From the NCBI RefSeq assembly GCF_018350175.1, contig NC_058377.1, forward strand, positions 106,268,001 to 106,332,000: DNA of 64,000 nucleotides, in the 5' to 3' direction. The DNA is from Felis catus. Its lineage: Eukaryota. Below the pieces are notes generated by a model. The model was not told the DNA's origin and did not search any database. It saw only the letters and a program-made list of their open reading frames with translations. Below, piece after piece: positions 1 to 11,379 of the stretch; positions within the stretch are counted from its first letter, which is position 1, and every line of letters starts with the position of its first letter. A program made the translations under genes and the position numbers.

Positions 1-485
1 TTTTCCCAGAGAATATATTTATTCTGATACTTACAGAATCAGTAATAAGTAAGCTCAAATGATTCCAGATTCAGTAATCTGGTTCTCCTCAAACCCACTT
101 TCTATAGGAAGTCCTTCGAAAGATTGGAGTCTTGATTCAAAATAATAGTGCTGGTTTTTATCGTTTATTTGGAATGTCCTTTGCGGTTATCTCTGATCTA
201 TTTTTGTAAAATAACCTCATCCCTAAAGTGGGGGGTAAAAATGCTAACTTGCTTAAACCAGTGACAATAACTTGGTATTTTCCCTAAGTATTCATAATCA
301 GTATGTTTGTTTTGAACGTTTTAAAGGGACTTGTTTATTATTTTTATCCACGCCTAAAAAATATCTGACTCTCTAAAAGTCAGAAGTTGTGGCGGGGAAA
401 GAAGTGTGTGAACAATCCTTTCCTACCACAAGGTGTGATCATGTTCTAACTGTGTCTCTAATTGCCTCCTTTGCCCTATTCTAAG

Positions 486-580
486 ACGCCAATGTCCGGC
501 GGTACCTCCAGCTAACTCAGTCGGAACTCAGTAGCTACCATCAGAAGGAGAAGCAGCTGTACCTGGGCATGTTTGGTTAA
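486..580 (+). CDS. TTC9C: TTC9C last coding exon (TPR protein 9C C-terminus)
   Basis: Acceptor ...ctaag at 481-485, then (D)ANVRRYLQLTQSELSSYHQKEKQLYLGMFG-TAA (stop 578-580). Matches the remembered TTC9C C-terminus and the expected synteny upstream of ZBTB3. Confidence 0.88.
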
Positions 581-2879
581 CAAAGAAGAAAGACGCTCCT
601 CTACTTGAACTTAGGTGAACCATTAAAGACCCATCGAGGGGAAACCTGAGCCTCAGCAAGAGAAATTAACCCCATACCTCTGACCCACGTGGATTTCTGT
701 TTTCTTTCTAGCTCTGCACAAACTCTCTGGCACTTAAGCAGGCTGTGTCTTTTTTTTTTTTGCCTGTCCATCTACGTATTTGTATAGCTTTCCATACGTG
801 ATATTCTTGGAGATGTTTGCTTTGAGAAATACAATCAGCTATATGTGAAATAATCCTGTCTATGGCATAGATTTTAACGATAGATGTTGTTAGATGTGTC
901 CATATACAGAGGAAAAAGCTCATAAGGATGAAATCATGATCACAAAGTTTTTTCTTTGGTTCCTCAGCTTCCCAAAGCCAAAGTTACATAGGCCACAATC
1001 CGGGAAATATATTTTTTTGTGAAAATAGACAATTACAAGTTGGACCCACATGACTTAAACGACTTGAAATTAACCATTTTGATTAAATCAAATTCCTTAT
1101 GTACATTCAGACCTTCCCCCCCACAAAAGTATCTGGTTCCTATTTTTTCTGGTGATAATTTCTAGTCCCTGGTATTGTTCATACTCAGATCATTCATACA
1201 ATATGCTTATTTATTTTTTTCATTAAACTCTTCTATCTTAAAACCTTGAGTCAAGCATTTAAGTATTTAATAATTCTTCAGCCTCGTGCCAAAAAACCCC
1301 CCAAAACCTAAGTAAGCATTTTCTTTTTTAACAGGTGCATATCTATAGTATGCTCATTTCTCTAAAAAAAAGGGTGGGGCGGAATGGACAGGTTGCTGTG
1401 TCTTCTTGAAACAATACCATGAAAGAGCAGGATAAAAACATCAGTCTGTTCTTTCCCCGTCACCTTGTATTATGCAAAAGCTCAGTTCCTTACAGAGGAG
1501 GGAAATGAGGAAGAGTTCTCCTTCCCTAGTGCTTAAGCTCCCCATGGAACTTTCTGGAAGTTTTGTCAGTGCAGGCTGTGGACCTGGTACAGTCATGTCT
1601 CCGTAGGAGGTTCCATCAACCAGGAGATCCTTTGCCATTTTGTGTGCTTGTTGTGAATAACGTTCACAATGTATACTGCCTCTACCTTTATGACTAGAGG
1701 TAGTAAGCATGTGTCACTAGCCATTACATAAGGACAGATTTCAGAAAGAACAATAAAAACAATCCCAAGTCCTCTGTATTGCCAAGTGTGCATGAGTTTT
1801 CCATTTATCAGTAATGCCCCCTCCCAATGAGCCAGGCTCCGCTGTGTCTCCCATACCCCTTAAATAATACAACTTACAATAAAAAGCTTTTCTACCAAAT
1901 AATCTTGTGAGTCTAAGGACAGAACTAACAAAAATAGAATATTTCATTCCTTTCCCAAGCTGCTTACATTTCTAAGCCTAGGTTGACAAAATTATGTCAT
2001 GGTTGCATGTTTGCTTTGGGCAAGTTTTGCTGATTTTCTTCTCTTTGTTTTTTTTCCCCCCCAAAGACTAAGCTATCTTCTGCATCAATGAGGAAAAAAT
2101 AAAACTGATAATTCAAAAATTGTATTTTAGATCAGGCAGTATTCCTTCATTTGTATGTAGATAATGGACTGACCTATATTTTATTTCCTGAGTTTAAGCC
2201 TACTCCCTTGCAATTAAAAAAAAAACAAGCATTTAAAAATTAAAAAAAAAATAACAAAATAAAAACATATTTTAGGAATGTATTGCACTGATCCTTTTAT
2301 TAGCACTGTTAAGAGACAAAGTGGTCAGGTTGCATTTCATTCTTCATTTTGAAGGCCAGCTTCCAATGGAGATGTTAATGAACAGGAAAGTGGACAAAGA
2401 TAGGCAGCCAGATGTGGGTGCGGAGGAGGTCTGGCAAGCCCACATCCTGAAGGAAACAGCCAGAGGGCACCTAAATGTCAGTACTCAGAAGTTTCTGGAA
2501 GAGGAGGGTGCTCACCTTACCAGTCCTTAATGGATTCCATGCAGAATTTCAGGGTGTGATTGAAGAGAAAGCATTGTAGATGTGAAGGTCCATACTTTGG
2601 CACATAACGGACAGTTGAGAGCAGTGTCTCCCGAACTCCTACCCACTACCTTTACAATTTTGCCAAAACCACATACTACCTATACTATTGTTTTCAATAT
2701 TTTATTTAAATATATATTTTTAAAAGAAAACTTGGGACAGAAGAACATGTTAATGATACCAAGGGGGTTTACTCAGCAAACTGTAGACTGTGAAACTGGG
2801 AAGACAAGTAACCCAGTTCCTTCAGTAAATAAATTACAGGGAAAAGGAGAGAGGCACTTACAGATTAAAAGAGGCTTTG

Positions 2880-4610
2880 GGGTACCTGGTTGAGTGTCTG
2901 ACTCTTGATTGTGTATCAGCTCATGATCCCAGGGTCATGAGATCAAGCCCCATGTCAGCCTCTGTACTAAGCATGGAGCCTGCTTAACATTCTCACTCCT
3001 GGGGTGCCTGGGAGGCTCAGTCGGTTGAATGTGGGACTCTTGATTTCAGCTCAGGTCATTCTCAGTTTCTGGGATCGAGTCCCATGTAGGGCTCTGCCAC
3101 TAACAGCATGCAGCCTGCTTGAGATTCTCCCACTCTCTCTGCCCCTCCCCTGCTCATGTGCACATTCTTACACTCTCAAAATAAATAAACTTAAAAAAAA
3201 AAAAATTTTCTGTCTCACTGTCCCTCTCCCCCCACTACCGCTCCTGTGCGCACTTACTCTCTCTAAAATTAAAAACCAAAACAAGGCTTAAGGGGCATCT
3301 GGCTGGCTCAGTCAGAAAGGCATGTGACTCTTGATCTTGGGGTCGTGAGTTCAAGCCCCACGTTAGGTGTAGAAATTACTTAAAAATGAAAATCTTAGGT
3401 GCCTGGGTGGCTCAGTTGGTTAAGCATCCAAGTCGATTTTGGCTCAAGTCATGATTTCATGGTTCATGAGCTGGAGCCCTGAGTCAGGCTCCGCACTGAG
3501 TATGGAGCCTGCTTGGAATTCCCTCATTCCTCTGCCCCTCACACACACACACGTTTTATTCCTCTCAAAATAAACTGAATAAACTTAAAAAAACAAAAAC
3601 AAAAAAGAAAAACCTTTAAAAAGAATATTGAAATACATTTTTTAAAAAAGGCTTAAGAGACATCAAATAAATGTGACTCTACTTTGGATTGTGGTTTGAA
3701 AACAAAACAAAGTTTATGAGATGGGGCGCCTGACTGGCTCAGTTGTTGGAGTGTATGACTCTAGATCTCAGGGTTGTGGGTTTGAGCCCCATGTTGGGTG
3801 TAGAGATGACCTGAAGTCTTTAAATAAGTAAGTGAATAAATAAAAGGTTATGAGACAATCAGAGAAATTTGAATAAAAATTGTTGGGAGTGAGGGGTGCC
3901 TGGTCAGCTCAGTTGGTGGAATGTGTGACTCTTGATCTCGGGCTCATGAGTTCAAGCCCCATGTTGGGCATAGAGCTTACTGGGGGAAAGAAAAGAATTA
4001 TTGTCAGGGAGAGGAAAAAAAAAAAGAATTATTGTCAGTTTTGTTGAATATGATTAATGGTATTTGGTCTTTTTTTTTTTTTCAAGGGTTCTTATAGAGA
4101 TGCACACTGAAATTGCTTACTAATAATTGGGGAGGGGACTTAGGAACACTTGCTATCATTTGCCAAAGGAAGAAAACCCCACAAAAGTAAATATATTTTA
4201 CAGTAAAAATAGTACATGACCAGGTAAATCATCTTTGGAAACATTGGCTTTGGAGAAATTAAAACTGAAATCCAGGGGCACTTGGCTGGTTCGGTCGGTA
4301 GATCCTGTGACTCTTGATCTCAGCGTTGAGTTTGAGCTCCACATTGAGCATAGAGTTTACTTAAAAACAAATAAAGTCGGGACACCTGGGTGGCTCAGTT
4401 GGTTAAGCGTCCGACTTCAGCTCAGGTCATGATCTCACAGTCTGTGAGTTCCAGCCCCGCGTCGGGCTCTGTGCTGACAGCTCAGAGCCTGGAGCCTGCT
4501 TCGGATTCTGTGTCTCCCTCTCTCTCTGCCCCTCCCCTGCTCATGCTCTGTCTCTCTCTGTCTCAAAAATAAATAAAAATATTAAAAAAACAAACAAACA
4601 AAGTCAAAAT
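2880..4610 (+). mobile_element. cluster of about 8 Can-SINEs, partly nested
   Basis: Repeated GGGGTGCCTGGGTGGCTCAG heads, GGTCATGATCTC cores, (CT)n and A-rich tails. Confidence 0.85.
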
Positions 4611-5653
4611 CCAATGCAAAGGACTGAAATGGTGACTTCTGTGAAGCTAAGCTTGGCCAAAAATGTCCAGTGATTGAAGAGGCAATAGACGGCAAGTGAA
4701 ACCATACACTTATAAAATTGCCAGTCAAGAAAAGAATTGAAATCCTAAATTAGAAATATATATCTCTAAAGCTGGAGAGCAAAGGGTGGTTGAAAACTTA
4801 AGTCAGCTTATAGCTCAAAAACAAAGAACTCCTCAGGGTGAAACTTTTAATAGGTGGGGCCTGGCCCATACCCTCCTCAAATGAGGCTGATTTGGGCTCA
4901 GTAGAAGGCAGCCTTATCCAACAACTAGGGCTGTCCGATAATAGACTAGGTTTCCTTTGGGGATGGCAAGTTCTTTTTAAAGGTTATTTAAGTAATCTCT
5001 ACACCCAAGGTGGGCCTTGAACTCACGACCCAGAGATCAAGAGTCACAAGCTCTACCGATTGAGCCAGACAGGTGCCCCGAGCTCTTTTTCAAGCAGGGG
5101 TGTCACAACCGGCAAAAGGAGGATCCATTGTTGGACCAGAGGTTAGATGAGCTCACCTGTGGTTCCTTGAATCCGTGGTCGAGACCATGGAGAGGAGTGG
5201 AAATGAGAAAATTCTCTATTGGTCCCACCTCTACAGACCGGCAGAAACTGTTCCTGGCGTCCAGCAGATAAAGTGAGACAAAAGACAACCGTGGCCTTTT
5301 GTGTTGGCTGCTGCTTTGAACGTCTTGCAGATTCCTAATTGCCATCGCCAATGAAAAATGCATCTCATGCTGGGAACTGAAAGCAAATACTCCCTCTTGA
5401 GGAGAATCTCACCAAGTAACAGATCCTTTTTTAGTTAGGTAGAACACATGGCTGAGATAGTAACAATGGTTTATGTTCTCAAGACTGTCTGGAGAAGGTC
5501 TGTACATTACATACACATGCAGACACAGATATTATGCCTTGCTTTTAGGAAATGATGTTCTGAGACAGCTGATTTTTTTCTCTATGTCTCTCCATATATA
5601 ATCATATATGTATAATTTTTATATAATTCACATGCCATAAAAGGTACCCTTTT

Positions 5654-5887
5654 GGGGCGCCTGGGTGGCGCAGTCGGTTAAGCGTCCGACTGCAGCCAGG
5701 TCACGATCTCGCGGTCCGGGAGTTCGAGCCCCGCGTCGGGCTCTGGGCTGATGGCTCAGAGCCTGGAGCCTGTTTCCGATTCTGTGTCTCCCTCTCTCTC
5801 TGCCCCTCCCCCGTTCATGCTCTGTCTCTCTCTGTCCCAAAAATAAATAAACGTTGAAAAAAAAAAATTAAAAAAAAAAATAAATAA
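5654..5887 (+). mobile_element. young SINEC_Fc-type Can-SINE with 17-bp TSD
   Basis: CpGs intact. TSD ATAAAAGGTACCCTTTT at 5637-5653 and 5888-5904. Confidence 0.92.
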
Positions 5888-6294
5888 ATAAAAGGTACCC
5901 TTTTAAAGGCAACTCATTGTTTTCAGGCATTTTGATTTGATACTGTTTTAGGAAAGACTTTGGAAAAGGTGCTCCACTTAGAGTAACTTACGGGGTGTGC
6001 ATGTAGATCTTGCATTGTTACAACAAGGAGCCAAGGTAGGAATGTATTTGCACAAATAAAATTAGCCCCCTGGAAGACAAACTAAGAAGTTATTCCAACA
6101 CAAGGAAAGTGAAAGGCATAGAATTCATCCAGCCATGAAAACATTAAGCATCAACATTTGCGTCCCTGAATGCCCCAGAGAAGGAGCTTTTCTTTGGCCA
6201 AACCTCCTTCTTCTAACTCAAAAACAGTAGCTTGCTCGCAAGAGCAAGTGCTGGATATGACAGACAAATCCAAAAAGAAAAGAAATTCAGAAAA

Positions 6295-6300
6295 TTTATT
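6295..6300 (-). terminator. candidate ZBTB3 poly(A) signal AATAAA
   Basis: TTTATT on the + strand, about 1.55 kb past the ZBTB3 stop. Usage not shown. Confidence 0.35.
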
Positions 6301-7847
6301 CATTTTCATCTTCTCCTAAATTTTCCTTCCTGCTTTTTTGCATTCAGTTGCTTATGTGCAGAAGAGAGGAGGGTTTTTCGGGAGCCCTCTTACCCCATGG
6401 CCCTACTCTTCATACACACCGGGGTAGGCCCTTCTCTTACATTCCCAGAACTCCCAGAACCCACATCAACACCCCAGGCTCCTTATTTCTTTGCTGTCTT
6501 TACTGCCAGTAACAAACTGCCTGTGTGACCCCAGCTGAGTAATCTGACATCTCTAGGCTGTCCTCGTGCTTTCTAGGGGAGGGAGTTGGACCAGAGGAAT
6601 GATAAGATTCTCTCTCCGGAGTATCTTGCTTTTAGTTTTTCCCAAGTGCCCATCCTGTCCATACCACAGGCCCTCCACCTGCCCCACAAGCCCACCACCC
6701 TGGAGCTTCGTGCTTTCTGCCTTTCAGTTCCCCATCTTCAGAGACCTCAATTCATATTATGACACACAGGCAAGAATTTCAAGTAATGGATACAGTACTT
6801 GTTGTTGAAACAGTCAGCCAAAGACTTTCTATGTTGGAAGTAGAGGTAAAGTGGTAAGGGAGCAAAGCCAAACACTTAAGAGGACAAAAGAGAAAACTAG
6901 CTCTTGGTTAACTGTCTTCAACCATGTTCTAACTCAGCGCCGTGTGCATGGCATTTGAAGCCATGACTCAAATTCTGCTTGCCCCTTAACTTGCCCTGTG
7001 ACCTTGAACAAGTTAACTTTGATTTTTGAGTCTCAAGTCAGGGCGCCTGGGTGGCTCAGTCAATTAAGCGTCCAACTTCTGCTCAGGGCATGATCTCGTG
7101 GTCCATGAGTTCGAGCCCCACATTGGGCTCCGTGCTGACAGTTCTGAGCCTAGAGCCTGCTTCAGATTTGTGTCTCCCTCTCTCTCTGTCCCTCCCCCCC
7201 CCAAAAAATAGACAAATATTGAGTCCCAAGTGTCCTTGTCTGTGGAAGAAGGGAGGCGGGGGAGGGGGTGCTAACACCTCGTAAAATTGTTGACAACTGA
7301 GTATTTTTATGAAGTCCTCAATACAGCCCAGGACACAGGAGCTCAACTACAATAACCCATCATCCTGTAAGAGTCCCTAATTAGCACACTTCTCCTAAGT
7401 CAAGTCTATGTTGTCCTTTGCGCATCTCACTTTTTCCCCCATAAGCATCCTGACTCCTACCCCAGGTACAGATATCAGATTCCTAAAAGATCCACAGGAA
7501 AGTTACGAAAGAATCAGGAGGCATGCGGGTTTGGGGAATAAACCAGCCAACACCAGTTCAAAGAGATACTTTCACTGCTAGCTTTATGGTCCGGGATGCA
7601 GGGTGAGAAGTGATTACCTCAGCAAAATTCCCAGTGCCCTTGGAGAAGGGCTCATTGAGTCGCAATGCCCCATAAAGTCCTGCTGCCTGGCTGGGGAAAG
7701 GAAAAGTGGGAGGAATCCTAAGCCCAGGGCACAACGTTCCTTCTGCTCCCTGCACAACCCACCCCTCGCAGGGGAAATGAGAGGCTTCCAACCTGTGCTG
7801 TCCCCTGATGATGGCAAGAGCAGGCCTAGCCTCAGCTCCTGCCGATG

Positions 7848-9395
7848 TCAGTTTTTGGGGCCAAGTACAAAATCTTTGGGTGGCCCTCCACCACCGCCGT
7901 CCTGTCTGTCTTCTGTGGGGGAGCCATGCAGGGGCTGCACCCCCAGAAGGGGGCCAGCCTCTGGATCCGGTTTGCTGCGTTTGGCCAGGTCCTCATTGTG
8001 AGCCTTGCGGATGTGGCGGTATAGGTCCCCTGACTGTGTGTAGCTGCGCAGGCAGTAGCGGCACTCATAGGGTCGCTCGCGTGTGTGCACGGTGGCGTGG
8101 CGCCGGAGTGTGTAAGAACAAGAGAAGGTCTTCCCACATGTCTTGCAAGTGGGCACATCCTCCGTGAAAACTCCAAAACTTCCCGGGGTTGCTTCATACT
8201 CAGAAGGCAGGTAAAGTGGCTCATGCAGGGCCGGGGGGGCGGGCAGGGGTGAGGTCACCAGTCCTCGGTGATACTGCCCTGGACCTGGCAGCAAATGGTA
8301 GGGCAGATGAGGATCTGGGGGCAGGAAGTGGTCACTTGGTCCCACCTCCTCCAGTCCTGCCCTGGGCTCCTCAAAAGCCTCTGGCTGAGGGGGCTGTGCG
8401 CCAAACATGGCTCCTCCAGGAGGGAAGAACCCCTCAGGACCCTGAGGCGTTTCCTCTGACACGTCAGGCTCCTCATCCGAAATCACAATAGCTTCCACTT
8501 TCACCTGGACCAGCTCAGCTTCGGCTGGTGCTGGAGCCTGGGATGGAGCTGGGGCTGGGGTTGGGGCTGGAGCTGGAGGATAGAAGCCTTGCAATGGCGC
8601 TCCAGCACCCCTTGGTTCCACCATCCTCAGACTCTCGGTACCCACATCAAGGGGAGCCAGCGGCTCCACTGAAACTGCTGGAAGGCCAGAAGAGAAGTAG
8701 TTTGCAGGAATGGTCTCTGTGGAGCTACTAGGGCTGGCAAGGGAGACATCAGCCACTGGTGGAGGGGGGGGGCGTAGATGTGGCAGGTCAACCTCCACAC
8801 CAGGCTGTGTCGTGTCTGCCCCACCGGACACTGGTGGCTCATCTGGAGGACAGACAGTTGGTGAGGGAGCTGCAGGGCCCTTCCATTCCCCTTTGCCCCA
8901 GTGGCCTGATGTCTCAGCAGATGCCAGTGAAGGCTGGGGGCCGCGGGAGGGGTTGGACAAAAACTCCAAACTAGGGGGCTGTGAGTTGGTTTCCTCCTCC
9001 TTCTTGGTACTGTCTGCCTCTGCCAGGGCCCGGGCTTGCAGCCGCCGCTTACACACTTTAACGATGTCATTCATGTGCAAGTAGCTGGCAGCTGCCAGCA
9101 CATCCTCCACGGGGGTATCCCCCCTCAGGGCCAGCTGGCCAGCATACATAAAATCCAGAAGCAGCCCAAAGGCTGGGGCTGTGACAATCTCATTGTGGAT
9201 GCACACCAGATCCCTCTTGTCCAGTTCCCGCTCCTTGTAGAAAAGCTGGAAGAATGGGCTGCAGGAGGCCAGCACAGCCCGATGGGCCAAGAAATGGGTG
9301 CTACCCACCATTACGGTGCAGTCACAAAGGAAACCCTGGGACCGCTGCTCTCGGAGGCTCTGCAGCAGCTGCTGGCTGTGTTCTGGGAACTCCAT
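7848..9395 (-). CDS. ZBTB3: ZBTB3, BTB/POZ plus 2 C2H2 zinc-finger protein, 515 aa, CDS in one exon
   Basis: [34 protein letters not shown] (BTB domain) ... [50 protein letters not shown] (two C2H2 fingers). Exon acceptor at 9447-9448 (exon starts 9446). Upstream exon donor CGG|GTGGGC at 9728/9727. Confidence 0.96.
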   Translation of the reverse strand: MEFPEHSQQLLQSLREQRSQGFLCDCTVMVGSTHFLAHRAVLASCSPFFQLFYKERELDKRDLVCIHNEIVTAPAFGLLLDFMYAGQLALRGDTPVEDVLAAASYLHMNDIVKVCKRRLQARALAEADSTKKEEETNSQPPSLEFLSNPSRGPQPSLASAETSGHWGKGEWKGPAAPSPTVCPPDEPPVSGGADTTQPGVEVDLPHLRPPPPPVADVSLASPSSSTETIPANYFSSGLPAVSVEPLAPLDVGTESLRMVEPRGAGAPLQGFYPPAPAPTPAPAPSQAPAPAEAELVQVKVEAIVISDEEPDVSEETPQGPEGFFPPGGAMFGAQPPQPEAFEEPRAGLEEVGPSDHFLPPDPHLPYHLLPGPGQYHRGLVTSPLPAPPALHEPLYLPSEYEATPGSFGVFTEDVPTCKTCGKTFSCSYTLRRHATVHTRERPYECRYCLRSYTQSGDLYRHIRKAHNEDLAKRSKPDPEAGPLLGVQPLHGSPTEDRQDGGGGGPPKDFVLGPKN

Positions 9396-9559
9396 AGCAC
9401 CCCACGGATGGAAAAGGACCCTAGAAAGGTCCCCACCAGTGGCTCCCTGGGAAGAAAGGACAGTAAGTTAGGGCAGGTAACCTCCCCAGCAACCTTAACG
9501 TCAATCCTGAGCTATCACTTGCCCCTCCAAAGCCTCTGGCAACACCGTCCTGACCCCAA

Positions 9560-10340
9560 GACGCCCGCTGGAATCGCTACCCTTGTTTCTCCTAGGTCAC
9601 ACCCAGGGGGTCTCCTTTTAGCTCCGCCCCCTCGGCCCAACCTTAGCAGCAGGCCCCGCCCCCGTTCGCAAAGGCACCGCCCCGGAAGTCCCGCCCCCTA
9701 ACCAGCCTCCGCTTCCTCGATGCCCACCCGGCGGCTTCCAGCAGCTCCTCCAACTAGGAGTCTCTTTTGCTTCCAGGCCTTCCCGGGAGATGCCTCTACG
9801 CCCCACTCCAGGAACTCCCCTGAGCCTCTCTGTCTCTCGCATTCCAGGAGCTAAGAAGTCCTAGGGTGGGAACTAGCAGAGAAAGCTGATCCTTCACCCA
9901 CCAGCGAGCAGCCACCGGCGAACTCCGCCCCTTCCCACCTTCTCAGTTTTAATTGGCTCAAATTTGCCTTCCCTCGGCACGGATTGGCTCATTGTCCACT
10001 GACCATCCCCCCGCTCTGACTGGCGTCTGCAAGTGGGTGCTGGTGGCCGTTGCTCAGGCAGCTAGGCTCAGGATTGGTTGGCGCTCCTGTCCTAAACTTT
10101 TCCTCTTCGTCCCGCCTTCTTTGCCTCAGAGACCTCTTGATTGGCTGAGCTTCTCCCATCTACCTGCGGCAACAGGAGGGCGGGGACCGGCTCCATGGAG
10201 ATGAGCGCGACGCCCTCTGGGCGGGGCGCGTGGCCCGACACCCCGCTGAGTGTTGTGCTCAGGGCAATGGGGAAAGGGAGAACCAAGGAGCTGGTGTAGT
10301 ACCCAGGGGGCGTGCCTCCTGACCGGGCTCTGCCATAACG
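9560..10340 (-). promoter_or_regulatory. ZBTB3 CpG-island promoter
   Basis: CpG-rich, several GC boxes, CCGGAAGT ETS site near 9682, four CCAAT boxes on the minus strand (ATTGG at 9952, 9983, 10073, 10140). Confidence 0.75.
9728..9860 (-). other. ZBTB3: ZBTB3 exon 1 (5' leader; upstream boundary approximate)
   Basis: Donor at 9727. The frame EFLEWGVEASPGKAWKQKR...RR splices in frame to GATGGDL...PWGA-M and resembles the remembered human long N-terminus. TSS not determinable. Confidence 0.6.
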
Positions 10341-11155
10341 GTGGGCATTAGCTACGTCTCTCCGAACTGCAGGTGTCTCTTGAAAGTCCCTTCTATCCTC
10401 AAAAAAATGATAAGATGCCTTTTTGCTCCACTACCCCCAATCTGATGGTTCCAGGCTCCTGGCTCAGTAATGATGGTGTCTGAGAACTGGCAGCTGCACC
10501 AATGCTTTCGTAAGATCCTTAGCCTGATCTCTAGTCAATTTACAATTAAGAGTAATTAGATTGCCTTTCTCTGTGTCTGGAACAGCCTGGGAGGTGCTGA
10601 TGGAAGGGAGGGAGTGGGCTCAAGGCCTTAAATTTTCCAGTACAGGAGAAAAAAAAGAGTGTGGTTAGTTCTGTTTTGTTTTGTTTTGTTAAGTAGGCTC
10701 TATGCCCCACGTAGGGCCTGAACTCAGGACACTGAGATCAAGAGTCGCATGCTCCACCAACTGAGCCAACCAGTTGTCCCCAAAGCGTGATTACTTCTGA
10801 AGAAATTTTTTGAGGGTACCTAGGCAACCAGAAGAAAGGGCTATAGGTTGGGAGGCAATGATACCTGCCTCTTCTCTGACTAGGGCAATGTGTTTACAGG
10901 GTTACCATGGTCACCACCACACTAAGCATCTTAACTTTGTTCTGTAGCTAAGCCCTCCAATGAGACAGAACCAGAATTAGGGACATTCATCAACCTTTCA
11001 TCCTTGTACTAAAGACCTGTGGGCCATACTGGCCTCAGCTTGAGACCCCATCTTTTCAAGATACCCTTCCAAGCCATACAATATTGTATAGGAATTAAAA
11101 CTAACATGAGCAACATTTTCATTTTCTAAAAAATATCTATATTTTCAAAACCCAA

Positions 11156-11199
11156 GACCAGACGAGATCGGGCGCGTTCAGGGTGGTATGGCCGTAGAC
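11156..11199 (-). pseudogene. 5S rRNA 5'-fragment retrocopy (tailless)
   Basis: Reverse complement reads GTCTACGGCCATACCACCCTGAACGCGCCCGATCTCGTCTGGTC, the first ~44 nt of vertebrate 5S rRNA. Flanked by the 11-bp direct repeat TCAAAACCCAA (11145-11155, 11200-11210). Confidence 0.92.
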
Positions 11200-11379
11200 T
11201 CAAAACCCAAAACATGCAGTAATATTAGTAACATTGTTTTATATTTTCTCAATTTTCTTTAATGTCTTGTAGACAGATGGATTCTCATATCTGCTTGTGT
11301 TTTCAAGCTATTATGAGATATTGTTTTGATTATGTGAAGAAAATTTGACCTCACACAAGTATGAATGCATGGAATTTCC

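Noticed and set aside
1441-1947. Three short overlapping minus-strand ORFs in the TTC9C 3' region
   Set aside because: No recognisable homology or splice structure; could be UTR or an old repeat remnant.
4390-4572. Many 60-100-aa ORFs like MAQSVK...[17 protein letters not shown] or MGQRETEHERGRG throughout the window
   Set aside because: Translations of Can-SINE sequence, not genes.
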